Positions 11,156-22,013 of a DNA stretch of 64,000 bases are shown in pieces. Numbering within the stretch: the first letter of the stretch is position 1; each line of letters opens with the position of its first letter. The DNA is taken from assembly GCA_946965045.2 (NCBI GenBank), contig OX337232.1, positions 2,170,001 through 2,234,000 on the forward strand. Direction: 5' to 3'. The position numbers and the translations under genes are program-made. A model generated the notes under the pieces. It ran no database searches. It was not told where the DNA came from and was given only the letters and a program-made list of their open reading frames with translations. The stretch comes from Epithemia pelagica (Eukaryota; Protista; Bacillariophyta).

Positions 11156-13948
11156 CTACTTTCCTCCCTTAAAAGAGAAATTCCACACCACCGACTCTTC
11201 GTCGTCTTCTTCAATGCCGACGCTTTCAGGCGAGTCCATGTCCCAGCACACAAAGGGCGATTCATACGATGCAGTTGGATCATGATTCCAGTCGTCATTC
11301 CAGACATAGGGCTCTGCATCGAGAATGTGAGTGGATTCCTGCGTTTCCTCGTGGTCGCTTTCGTCCAACGACGCCATCCTTGGTTCCAGAATGGTCCTTG
11401 TGGTTGTTGGTTCCTCTGCCACCTCTGCAAGCTTGTCTTGTTCGGTATGGAGGGGGCTAATGACAGCCGCTTGACGACTTCGACTGTTTTCGGAAAGAAT
11501 GGATCGTAAAATGGAATGTTGTTCGACGGCCAAGGACAAGAATGCAGAATCTTCTTCCAGACTTCGACCACCCGACAAGGATTCCGAGAGCGTTGTCGTC
11601 AAGGGTAGCGGGGGATCTTGTCTTTTGGTAGTAGTGGGACGCTTGGCAGGTGGTGGAGGCATATCGCGTGGTGAACGAGTTCGCTTTTGCCCTCGTCCTT
11701 CCTCCTTCTTTAGTTTCTTCTTGGTGGTGGTTGCCTTGGTTTGTGTTTTCTCTGGTTCTTCTGGCTCTGTTTTTGGTTGTTTGCAACGACGTTTGGGTTG
11801 CAAACTTCGTTGTCCCAAAACACTGGTTTGTCGAAATAATTTTCGGGAATTGGAAGAGGGTGGAACCTTCTTGCGTGGTGGTGGATCGTTGGATGGTTTG
11901 CCAGTTGATTTTTTGGTGGACGATACCGCACTGGTCGTCGTCCTTTTCTTTTTCTTCTTGGTGATGGCACTTTTGCTGGAGGAGCTGCTAGGTTTCAGTT
12001 TGAGCTTGGGAACTGGACGACTCCGGTTCTGGATAGTATTATTATTGGTGGTGGTCAAGGGGGGTGGCCTGGCCACTGCTGCTTCGGCATGTTGTGCCAG
12101 CACGGAGTAATCGTCCAGTGAAATTAGGGGTGCCCCTTCGGCAATGCCCTGTTTGGGTTTGGCATTCCGTAGGGCATGGGACACCTTTTCTCGTGCTTCC
12201 AAGGTTGGAATTTCACACCACACACTCATGGCTCGAGCTTTGTTTTTGGTCTTATCCAGTTTCCAAAGGGACAAAATACGACGACTGTCGTCTTCGTCCA
12301 GTCGTTTGAGAAATCGAGCTTGATAGTCCGTCTGCAACAGTTGGACAATGTGTCGGGTCAAGATGGTCTTGTCGGTTCGCGTCAAGTGAGGATGATGATA
12401 GTGATCGCGAAACGCTTGAATCAAGTGACGAAAGGTATGATTGCCTTGTTGTTTGTAATTGCCTTCTCGACCCAACAAAATGTCAGTTTCTTGAATCTGG
12501 TCTTGCAAGACAAACGTTTTCTTGTGCGAAAAGGCCACACGCTTCCGAGCGACAATGTCTCCTCGACTTGGATTCGTCTTGGTTGTTGCCGTGGTGGGAG
12601 TGGTGCTCTTGCCTCCTGTCTTGTGCTTGCCGGTACTCTTGGTAGGAATCGGAGTCGTTTGCTGCTGCTTTTGGTCGAGGAGATGCTGCTGCTGCTGCGG
12701 TGGTGCACTGGTGGCTGGGTTAGAGTCCAGTGTGGTGGGTGTCGAGGAGTCGTCCTCCTTTTGCGGCTGGTGGATAGTGGTGGTGGTTCCAGTAGTACTT
12801 GTCTGGTTCGTACTACAAGGCTCCTTTTCCTCTGGCTTGCACTCGGACGGCAGTGTTGGAGGGTTTGTCCCTGGAGGGGTGGTGGTGGTGGTGGTAGTGC
12901 TATCGAGACTGATGGTTGGTGTGGCGTCCATGTCGTTCTGGTGATTGGTGTTGGTGGTCGTGCTCCTGGCGTCTTTGTTGCAAGGTTCTTCTTCGTTCTT
13001 CTTCTCGTCCTCTTTCTCCTCCGTTGCGTTCGACTCGGACGGTGGTTTCGGAGTGGTGCTGGTGGTATCGAGCTTGGTTGGTTGGGATGGACCCCCCTTG
13101 TCCTCTGGGGGTGATGGTGATAAACGACGACGACAAGAATCCTTCTCCTCCTCCTCCTCCTCGTGGTGGTTCTTGTCTTTCGGTTCGGATTCCTGGAATG
13201 GCGGCTCTGTGGTTTCTCGAGACACGCTTTCTGGTGATGAAAGACGACAAGACTCCTCCTCCTCCTCTTGTTGGTGGTTCTTGTGTTCCTGTTCTGGTTC
13301 CTGGAATGGCGGCTCTGTGTTTTCCCGAGACACGCTTTCTCTCTTGTTGTCGCTGCTGCTCGTCATGACTGTCAGGGATGGACTAGGGGTAATGGTAGCT
13401 CGTTGGTCGTCCTTGTGGTGGTTGCTGGTGGATGCACAGTTCTCCGTACAGGACTCCTCCACTATATTGCTCGTCTCCTTCTCCTCCTTCTCCTTCTCCT
13501 TTGTTTCCAGTGGCGTGTGGTGTTCCTGGGACACGGTTTCCTTCGTCTTGTCGTCGCTGTGCTTGTCGTCCATGGAGGGGCTGGTGCAATTGATTGTTGC
13601 AGTCGTCTTTATCGTGACGGCAAGGGATGGAGTACAAGTGTTTGTGTTTTTGGTTGGGTGGTCCTCCGGATGGATAGTGGTGGTGCTATGCGTAATAGAT
13701 TCCTTTTCCTGCGGAACCAAATGGTGGTTCGTGGTCGTGGTCGTGGTGGCTTGGTCCTCCTCGGCAATGGTAACCTTCTCCGTTTCGGCCAGCACTGTAC
13801 GACGTTCCTCTTTTTTCGGGAGTGGCTGCTGTGACTCTTGTGATGCGGCTGCTGCATGGTGTAGCTCTTGTTGTTGTTGTTGTGGTCCTCCTCCCTGCGG
13901 GGCACTGGCAGTGGAAGCGGCCGTGTCGGGGAGGGTGGCAACCGACAT
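11156..13948 (-). CDS. Low-complexity protein with DUF6824 domain (diatom-expanded putative DNA-binding family)
   Basis: TDILLGREG...GNHTFRHLI...Y...KTILTRHIVQLL...ARFLKR...W.E....AREKVSHALRN. Likely start MSVATLPD at 13948 (frame open to 14185); T/E/Q/K-rich flanks. Confidence 0.8.
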   Translation of the reverse strand: MSVATLPDTAASTASAPQGGGPQQQQQELHHAAAASQESQQPLPKKEERRTVLAETEKVTIAEEDQATTTTTTNHHLVPQEKESITHSTTTIHPEDHPTKNTNTCTPSLAVTIKTTATINCTSPSMDDKHSDDKTKETVSQEHHTPLETKEKEKEEKETSNIVEESCTENCASTSNHHKDDQRATITPSPSLTVMTSSSDNKRESVSRENTEPPFQEPEQEHKNHQQEEEEESCRLSSPESVSRETTEPPFQESEPKDKNHHEEEEEEKDSCRRRLSPSPPEDKGGPSQPTKLDTTSTTPKPPSESNATEEKEDEKKNEEEPCNKDARSTTTNTNHQNDMDATPTISLDSTTTTTTTPPGTNPPTLPSECKPEEKEPCSTNQTSTTGTTTTIHQPQKEDDSSTPTTLDSNPATSAPPQQQQHLLDQKQQQTTPIPTKSTGKHKTGGKSTTPTTATTKTNPSRGDIVARKRVAFSHKKTFVLQDQIQETDILLGREGNYKQQGNHTFRHLIQAFRDHYHHPHLTRTDKTILTRHIVQLLQTDYQARFLKRLDEDDSRRILSLWKLDKTKNKARAMSVWCEIPTLEAREKVSHALRNAKPKQGIAEGAPLISLDDYSVLAQHAEAAVARPPPLTTTNNNTIQNRSRPVPKLKLKPSSSSSKSAITKKKKKRTTTSAVSSTKKSTGKPSNDPPPRKKVPPSSNSRKLFRQTSVLGQRSLQPKRRCKQPKTEPEEPEKTQTKATTTKKKLKKEEGRGQKRTRSPRDMPPPPAKRPTTTKRQDPPLPLTTTLSESLSGGRSLEEDSAFLSLAVEQHSILRSILSENSRSRQAAVISPLHTEQDKLAEVAEEPTTTRTILEPRMASLDESDHEETQESTHILDAEPYVWNDDWNHDPTASYESPFVCWDMDSPESVGIEEDDEESVVWNFSFKGGK
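13135..13345. repeat. 108-bp in-frame internal duplication in the DUF6824 gene
   Basis: ctggaatggcggctctgt... at 13193 and 13301, encoding ESVSRE[N/T]TEPPFQE twice. Confidence 0.85.
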
Positions 13949-14705
13949 TTGTTTGTTTTGTGTTGGGTCTTTAAAAAATGTGGAGAGAGCAATGGACCAA
14001 GGACCTGGTTGGAATTTGTGGAGGAACGAAAAACGACCCAGCCGAGATGCAACGAGACAATCTCCAATGCTAGCTAGTAGGGAACCAATTGTGTAGTAGT
14101 GGAAAAGAAAGATACACAAACTGTGGGGGGTTGTGAACACCAAAGAGTTCTCGTTCCACAAAGTAGATCTCACACATGCATCCAAGGAGGCTCTCCTCCT
14201 CCTTTGGCATAAAATGAGTCAAGCGCCTCCTCCTGTTTGGAGCGTTGCAACGAGACACACTCGGTTGGGAGGCGGCAGTCGTCGCAACGAGAGGAAGCGC
14301 TTCTCTCGAATGGTCGGACCGTCTCTCGTTTGGGAGTTTTTATTAGTAGAGTCCACTGAATCGTGTGTGCCCCCCAACGAGGCGGATCTGGATCGATAGT
14401 CGTAGAATGTGTTGCAGGAGCTGGTTGGTTTGTGTGAAATTGAATTGTAGGATTGTGTATGCTCTTCATCACTAGAGAGAGATGAAACACAGCAGCGAAA
14501 CCAACCAAAAAGTGGTGTGTTCCCGCGGCAAGTGTGACTGACAACGACCGAACGCGGTCGCGGAAACCATGCGACTCCCGCATACGGGCGACCCCTTTGA
14601 TCATGACCTACGAGTCCTCCAGGACTCGAGTCCCGTACCGGCGAGCACCACCCATTTTTGTCTTCCGAATCTTTGTGGCAGTGAAAAAGACAATCACCAT
14701 TCACC

Positions 14706-16289
14706 ATGGCCACCACGGCCCGTCGTGCCGTTCGTCTCAAGGTGACCGAAAGTGGATCGGAAGCCATTCATGATCCTCAAACGGCCCCCGAAGTTCCAAC
14801 CTCTCCCGAAGAATTCTTGGCACGTTTTCGGTAAGCCAGACTCAAGACAGGATACTTGGTGCGGTTTGGGTGCTTTCGTTGTGGTGCTGTTGCTTCTTGT
14901 ATTCTAGGGGCTTGGTTTACCGGTACATGCTCTCAACGATCTCTTTGGTTGATTCCGTGTTTTTTCTGATTTTCCCTCGAAACATTGTCATTTTCTCTTT
15001 TTGTATGTGGATACGGACGACTGGCTGTCCATTTATTTCTTGCGCTGTTTCGTTGGATCCATTCCTACAATACAATTAGCCACAATTTTCAGCTTCGAGT
15101 GTTGGAACGTCCGTCTCCCCATGAACTGGTCTTTGAATTAATTCATGTCGACACCTCCTTTGCCAATGCCTTGCGACGTATTCTCTTGTCGGAAATTCCT
15201 ACCGTGGCGGTCGAACATGTCTACATTTCTCAAAATTCCAGTATCTTGCACGATGAAGTCTTGGCCCATCGACTGGGCTTGGTCCCCCTCACGGCCGATG
15301 CCCGATTTATGGATGACTTTGTCGAAGCGCCGTCGTCGTCCGAATCCAACAAAGGTGGAGGACCATCGTCCCACAATCACGAGGACGAAGAGGAGGACGA
15401 GGAAGAAGGAGGTGCCAACGATCGCAATACACTCGTGTTTCGGTTGGATGTCATGTGTACTCATGCCGAAGCTCGAGCGGCGGGGGCTACTACCAAAGCC
15501 TCGAAATCCAAAAGCAGTACTGCTGCGACCAAACGTCGTGCCTCTCCGGAGAACAACGACGAGGACGACGACCACGAACAAGAAGAAGAGCACACTGCCG
15601 AACTAGATCGGTTAGTCTCCTCCCACAAAAAAGGTGTCGATGTCAATTTGGAAGACATTGCCAAGGAGGCAGCCTCCAAACAAGCCTATCAATTTCCCAA
15701 GGATCGTCCCTATACCAAACATGTGTACAGTCGTGATTTGGAATGGATTCCGCAGGGCGATCAGGCCGAACGACTGGGCGTGGATTCCATTCGACCCATT
15801 TACGATGATATTCTCTTGGCCAAATTACGGCCCGGACAAGGCATTGAATTGGAAGCCCACGCGCGACGAGGAATCGGCAAGGATCATGCCAAATATTCTC
15901 CCGTTTGTACAGCCTCGTATCGACTCATGCCTCATGTGGAACTGTTGGAGAATGTCTACGACAAGGATGCGGAAGAATTGGTCTACGTGTACGAACCGGG
16001 CGTGTTTCGATTGGTTCCCACTGTACCGGGACAAGATCCACCCGGAACACGACAAAAGGCCGTGGTTCACAACCCCTACGCCTGTACCATGTCTCGCAAC
16101 TTTATGCGACATGCTACCTTGGCCAAGGCGATTCGTATTACCCGCATCACCGATCACTTTATTTTTTCCATTGAAAGTGTAGGCATGGCAAGTCCGGCCG
16201 TGTTGCTCGCCGAAGCACTCCGCGTCTTGCAACGCAAATGTCAAAACGTCATGGACTTGGCCGATGCATCGGCTACCAATCAATCATAA
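14706..16289 (+). CDS. RPAC1: RNA polymerase I/III shared subunit AC1 (RPC40); exons 14706-14830 and 15080-16289
   Basis: VDTSFANALRRILLSEIPTVAVEHVYI...DEVLAHRLGLVPL, ILLAKLRPGQGIELEAHARRGIGKDHAKYSPVCTASYRL and HFIFSIESVG. Intron gtaag...ttag restores the frame. Confidence 0.95.
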
Positions 16290-16708
16290 TAAAACATGTG
16301 TGTATAGGAAACATGTTACATCGGCTGCACCATTCTTACAGAACAAAGATGACAGAGAAGTGCCTCATTTTCTCCGTCACTCTGGTGAGTCATTCGAGTG
16401 TCTAACGGCGGCGAAGACTGCCTCTAGAGGTCGTCACACTACAGAGAGACTTATCATGTGTGGAGTTCGTGGGTGCATCTAACGTGTGCGGCAAGGCGGA
16501 ACTGTTCAACCAAAGTCGTAAAAAATGCCAAGTAATAGAGGTAGTAAAGCAAGTATTCTCTTGAATTATCATCATCATTTAATTTAATATCATCATAATC
16601 CTATGCATAATCGTACAAAAACACAGCAAGCATACACAAGACAAGAGATTGTCCAACTGCACCCAGAGTTTCCACTGCAAAAATAATAATCAAGAATCCA
16701 TGTTCTCA

Positions 16709-18745
16709 TCATCCAGAGGAGGCGGATTCTTGCAAGGATGGTACAACATCTTTTTCTTTGGATTCCGTCGAATAGACGGAGGACAACAAGGCTCCTTGGG
16801 GAGTGGCCGACGAGGCTCGTGTGGTTTGAATTTTACCAGTACTGTCGGTCAAGAAGCGAACACCCCCAATTTTGGTGGGAATGTCCACCAACCCAATCGC
16901 ATGAGCCGAGTCAATCCAGTAAGCCGTCTTGCCTCGAGCTCGACATTCCTTGTACCCATCCAAGGTTTGTCGAACAGCCGGTGGCAAATGTCGGCACTTG
17001 CTCAAATGGCATCGCTTCCAGGAAGTGACGAGTCGATAAATTTCCGACACAGTTCGGGGATAAAAAATGGACATGGAGGGTCCCGCTCGACCTCCATCGG
17101 GACTCATGGCACAAAAGACACATCGCAAACCGACACGACCAATCATTTGGGGATCGGTACTGGTGGGGGCATTCTTGGATTCAATCGATGCAGTCTCGCT
17201 CTTGTCGGCTGTGCTGGTCGGTTGAATCACCACCACTTCCAACAAGTCACTTCGCATGAAGCAATGAAGCGCATTTAACTTTTCTTCATCGTCTGGAGTC
17301 TTTAACCTTCGGGGATATTCGGTTGGTACCACAAACTGATCGTTGAGGGGTTCCGAGATCATGGAGGAAAAGCTCGGTTCGGTAGGCAATGTGGGGAAAC
17401 TTCCCTTGCTATCGTTGTCGTCCATCATGGAGGTTTCCGAAGCTGGCCTTGGCTTTTTGGTGGAGGAAAACGCCAGGAGCACTGAAGCTGTATCCAAGGT
17501 TTGTTTCTTTTCGGACGATCCTGTAATGGGCCCCAACGAATCTTGTTTGTGATGGTCATTGTCCATACTATGGAGTGGTTCTCTTAAGTGAGCATCGTTG
17601 CTCTCTGGAGAATGGTTCTTGTCACTGGTGGTCGACAAGGTACTCGACTGCACCAGTCCTTGCACATGCGAACTACTACTGGCACCACCAGCCTGGGGAG
17701 ATGCTTCCGTACTGGCAATGGTGGCATCGTCCACCGAAGGGTTGGCTTTGACAGCCGACGATGCCAGGGAAAGTGCATGTTCGGCCGAAGATGCCGGATG
17801 AATCACACTGGATCCACTCAAATAGTCTGGATCCGTCGAAGTCGAAACCAGGGACGAGTGTTGTTGATGCGAATGTTCGTACGATACGATTCCAGCATCG
17901 CTACTTTGCGAATGAGGCGGTTTGGCCAAGTCCATACCATGAGCCGCTCCGGAATGAGGAGGCTGTTGGGGTGGTGGTGGTGGTTGATCCGGAGGCATGG
18001 AAGTCGGATGCATCATGCCATAGCCTGTTTGTGGGTCCACCGCATGAGGATGCATATATCCTCCATAGCCATGATGATAGTAGGCTGCCTGAGAAGGAGG
18101 AACTTGATGCTCGTTCTTGTCGTACTCTCCTCCTCCATCGATTGGATGGGGACTGGTTCGGGAATACTGCGACATGGCAGGGTGATGAGGATGATAATGT
18201 TGAGGGTAATACGGTGCTCCTGGACCAGAGTGACTGTAAAATTGTCCATGATGATGATGCATTTGTTGTGATTGTTGTTGTTGCGGCGGCGGTTGTTGCG
18301 TTGGTGGATAGGGATACGAGGGGGGACCGCCATGGTGGGGATGCATCATTTGACCATGCGGTGGATAAGGCATGTATCCTCCACTGGCTGTCGAGGCTCC
18401 TGGATTCATCACGCCAGGAGGGTGTGGTCCACTACCACCACTACTACTACCTGTGTGCGGCGGCATCATTTGGCCCCCATATGTAGCAGTCGTCGTGGGA
18501 GGAATATCGGAGGGGGACATTCGAGAATACGGATAGTTTAAAGCGGCTTGTTGATGCATGTCCCAAGCCTGCATCTGCCCGTCGTGGTCATGATGATGTG
18601 GATGATGATGATGGTGGTGGTGATGGTACCCTTGCTCATGGGCCTTGTTGTCGCCCTCGTTCATCGTCTCTCCCTTTGTATGTCTCTTTGTCTGTCTCCT
18701 TCTCTTTGCTATACCTCTAGTTACTTGAGTGGATCCCTTGACCAC
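16709..18745 (-). CDS. His/Pro/Gln-rich protein with a C-terminal Cys/His domain of a diatom-expanded family (putative transcription regulator)
   Basis: 678-aa ORF with prion-like N-terminal half. C-terminal LNALHCFMRSDLLEV...GRVGLRCVFC...FYP...WKRCHLSKCRHLP...YWIDSAHAIGLVD. Confidence 0.7.
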   Translation of the reverse strand: MVKGSTQVTRGIAKRRRQTKRHTKGETMNEGDNKAHEQGYHHHHHHHHPHHHDHDGQMQAWDMHQQAALNYPYSRMSPSDIPPTTTATYGGQMMPPHTGSSSGGSGPHPPGVMNPGASTASGGYMPYPPHGQMMHPHHGGPPSYPYPPTQQPPPQQQQSQQMHHHHGQFYSHSGPGAPYYPQHYHPHHPAMSQYSRTSPHPIDGGGEYDKNEHQVPPSQAAYYHHGYGGYMHPHAVDPQTGYGMMHPTSMPPDQPPPPPQQPPHSGAAHGMDLAKPPHSQSSDAGIVSYEHSHQQHSSLVSTSTDPDYLSGSSVIHPASSAEHALSLASSAVKANPSVDDATIASTEASPQAGGASSSSHVQGLVQSSTLSTTSDKNHSPESNDAHLREPLHSMDNDHHKQDSLGPITGSSEKKQTLDTASVLLAFSSTKKPRPASETSMMDDNDSKGSFPTLPTEPSFSSMISEPLNDQFVVPTEYPRRLKTPDDEEKLNALHCFMRSDLLEVVVIQPTSTADKSETASIESKNAPTSTDPQMIGRVGLRCVFCAMSPDGGRAGPSMSIFYPRTVSEIYRLVTSWKRCHLSKCRHLPPAVRQTLDGYKECRARGKTAYWIDSAHAIGLVDIPTKIGGVRFLTDSTGKIQTTRASSATPQGALLSSVYSTESKEKDVVPSLQESASSG

Positions 18746-18954
18746 AACTAAATGATCAGCGTGAGGTTGGGAAGGAGTATTTCAAACGAATACATTTGCT
18801 TAAGTGTTTCTAATATAGCGTATTCCGTCACGAACATCTGAATACTGTCACGCTGGTATATTGTCCTAAGTATTCCATGTGCGGGTAGAGAGAAATACAA
18901 CTGGACAACGGTAACAACCTGAGAGCAAGCGTGACATTCTACCTAAGTTCTCGA

Positions 18955-19075
18955 ACGGGGCGCCCCTCCGTGGAGTCCCCCAACAGACAGAGGACCGAAC
19001 CGGAGCGCTTCCGACTCGCACTGCTCCACGGGTCTCCCATAAGCGCGCCGAACCCTGCGTCCCCCAAACACCCAA
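18955..19075. ncRNA. Candidate structured non-coding element (unassigned)
   Basis: GC-rich island in an AT-richer intergenic region, with nested complementarity: ccgtggag 18968-75 / ctccacgg 19024-31, inner hairpin cggagcgcttccg, palindrome ggggcgcccc. No match to an RNA family I recognise. Confidence 0.25.
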
Positions 19076-20624
19076 GCGATTGGATTCGAAATATAAAGAA
19101 AAGATGATATTAAATATTTATCATAACCGCTCAGGACCTTTCAAGTCGAGATTGTTTTCTGGGACAGTTTGCGCCGTTGGGCCTTTTCTCTGAACGATAA
19201 TCGACGTGCCACATTCTTCGAAAATTCGCGAACGCGTGGATGGACAATGGACATGGTAAAGCAATCATCTCTACATCAGCGACATGATCCATGTTGGAAA
19301 AACAAAGTTCTTTTACATCCAACCAACCAACCATTCTGAGCGATCGACATGCCCCATTGGCAGTGACTGTATCGATTCTCCACAACGGATTGGCATAACG
19401 CCAAGACGAAAGATCACACTACTTGTGCTAGGATCGCAGTCTGCCATCAACAGTGGTATTTCGTGACAAGTAATTATGAGGAATCGAATGAACAAAATAC
19501 CAGAAAGGTGTTGCTCGCGGCTAAGGAGATATTAAACGAGGTTCGAACAGAAAGATCTACTACAGTCATTCCACAATTTCTTTCCCAACTGTTGGCTGGA
19601 AAGGCACAACCAATGTTAATTCTCTGGTTCAAAGATATTTCAGAGACGAGATCAGGTACTGATCCAGGTGGAACCGACAACGAATAGTGAGCCCAAGACC
19701 AAATGCGAGTACAATTTCAAGTTTTACCAGTAGCGTGTTTTGGTTAATTGTAAGGTCTTTCTCTGAAGGAGGTTAGATTTTACCCCGAGGAGTGAAGACA
19801 ATCACCTCGTTGATTTGCTTATCAGAGTCGTTGGAATTCCACGTAATTTTGCTGCCATCCTTCATTTGCCATCTTTTACTAAAGACATGTTGTTGACTAC
19901 CCGGTCCATGAATTACCGGTTCGTCCAAGAAATTGTGTTCTTGCAAGCCGACATGATGCGCAAAAAAATCCTCCATGCTTGGCTGGAGATACGAACAGTC
20001 AAACCGTACCAGGAGCAATCTTCATCATGGCTTCAATCGTCATTTCCCAACGTCCGACGGCATTTCTGCAACGAAGAAAGTCACACCTCATAAGATCCAT
20101 TGCTTCATTCTTCATCGTCCTATCCCGAGTCGGCTTTGTATGTTTCTTTTGTTGTCGTTTGCTGCGTCCACTGCAACGGGCTTCGGGAAGACCACCAATT
20201 TCCTCTCGGATTTTATCCCGCCACGGGGATTATGTGGACGAGTTGAGGCCTGTGAGTGTGAGGTCGAGACTCGACTAACGACGTGCATCAAAAATTAAAA
20301 TGATGTGTGACATGGAGTTCGAGTTCACAGTTCACAGCGGAGGTTCGCGGCCATGCTCGCTTTGGCGCGCTGCGCGTACCGGATCTTTGCAGGTCCCGCC
20401 GGAGGTCGGAGATCCTGCGCACGTTCCGTCTGTCCATCGTAGGATTCAAGTCACATACGTTGTTCGTTTGTTGGACGTCATACAAACCCTATCGGTAATT
20501 CCTAGAGAGAATCCCTTCGCGTTTCGTGGAAGCGCTGGCAAATGCGGCCAACGTCATTCACCCCATCCGTGGATACGGACCTTCGGCGAAAGCTCAAAGT
20601 CCAACCTAATAGAGACCTTTAACC

Positions 20625-21425
20625 ATGAAGTTGTTTGCCGCTATCGTCGCTCTTTTCGCCGCCTCTGCCACAGCCTTCGCGCCAGTGCCTGTGAGCACTC
20701 GCTCTGCTGTCGCACCCGTGCAAATGGCTGCTTCCGACGAATATTACATTGACAATGAACGTCGGTTTGTGATGAACTTGATTGTTGTTGGTTCTGGAGC
20801 CCTAACAGTTGGTGCCTTGGGAATCCCCTACATCGCCTTCTTCTTCCCCCCTGGCACTGGTGGTGGTGCTGGCGGTGTCCCTGCGAAGGATGCTCTCGGT
20901 AACGATATCGTCGCCAAAGAATACATTGCTTCCAAGCCTGCTGGAGACCGCTCTCTTGCGCAAGGTTTGAAGGGAGATGCCACGTGAGTGTTTGTGTGCT
21001 CTTGAACTTTTGTTTAGCCTCATTGCGTAGACTCGAAAGCTCACGCTGCTCGTATGGTTTGTGAAACAGCTACATTATTGTCAAGGAAGACAGCACACTG
21101 GAGAACTACGGACTGAACGCCGGTACGTGATGGATGGCAGCATTTACGTTCTCTCTTTTTTTCTCGTGACTCACATAGCTTCTCGTTCTGCCTTGCAGTA
21201 TGCACTCACTTGGGTTGCGTCGTCCCCTGGTCCGCTGCTGCCAACAAGTTCTTGTGCCCCTGCCACGGATCGCAATACGCCCCCAACGGGTCCGTTGTTC
21301 GTGGACCTGCCCCTCTTCCTTTGGCCCTTGCCCACTGTGATATTGACGATGAATCTGGAAAGATCCTCTTCTCCCCCTGGACTGAGGAGGACTTCCGTAC
21401 TGGCGAAAAGGGATGGTGGAACTAA
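20625..21425 (+). CDS. petC: Cytochrome b6f Rieske Fe-S subunit, plastid-targeted; exons 20625-20983, 21070-21122, 21199-21425
   Basis: Signal peptide plus ATA-FAP motif, TM helix, KGDAT, Rieske motifs CTHLGC and [17 protein letters not shown], and ending [15 protein letters not shown]. Two GT-AG introns give a continuous frame. Confidence 0.97.
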
Positions 21426-21516
21426 GTTTAGTAGCATCTTTGATAGTTCCCAAGCCTTTTTGTGAAGGATGAGATCGAGCCCGGTAGATAAGAATTAACA
21501 CCCGCCTGTGTCATAA

Positions 21517-22013
21517 GCAACTGCTATTCACTCTCATCTTCCGTCATCGTTGCTTCTATTCCTAGTTGTGAGAGAGTGGGAAAAGTGATACGTAAGGCTG
21601 TGTTGACGAAGATGCAGTCTTATTTTGCAGCTGGGATTTAGTTTAACCTTGATATTATTCAGCATTGTCAGAGAATGCCTCACTTTTGGCTTTGGTGCCA
21701 GATGAAATGACTTTGTCATTTGCCAGGCGCAACCTGAAAGTCATTCAAACTGCAGTTGTTACCATATATGCAACTGCTATTCACTTTCATCTTCATTCAT
21801 CGTTGCTCCTACTCCTAGTTGTGAGAGACTGGGTAAATTGATGCTCGAGGCTGTGTAGACGAAGATGCCTCTTAACATAGTCTTATTATACAGCCGGGGT
21901 TTAGTTCAACCTTCATATTCAGCATCGTCAGAGAATGCCTCACTTTTTGCTTTGGTGCCAGATGGAATGACTTTACCAGGCGCAACCTGGCAGTCATTCA
22001 AACTGCAGTTGTC
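21517..22013. repeat. Diverged ~250-bp tandem duplication of the 3' end of the eIF2B-gamma gene
   Basis: 21517-~21762 aligns with 21770-~22013 (shared gcaactgctat..., cctagttgtgagaga, gtcagagaatgcctcacttt, gtcattcaaactgcagttgt), with indels. Confidence 0.9.

Noticed and set aside
12945-14096. 383-aa plus-strand hydrophobic ORF and similar shadow ORFs (11499-12110, 12176-13114, 17761-18486)
   Set aside because: Antisense shadows of low-complexity coding regions; no recognisable motifs.
18990-19010. tRNA T-loop-like GGTTCG on the minus strand
   Set aside because: No cloverleaf, acceptor stem or A-box could be built.
19100-20300. Several 60-100-aa ORF fragments that might be a decayed gene or TE
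   Set aside because: No frame gave a recognisable motif and there are many stops; cannot be supported without a search.
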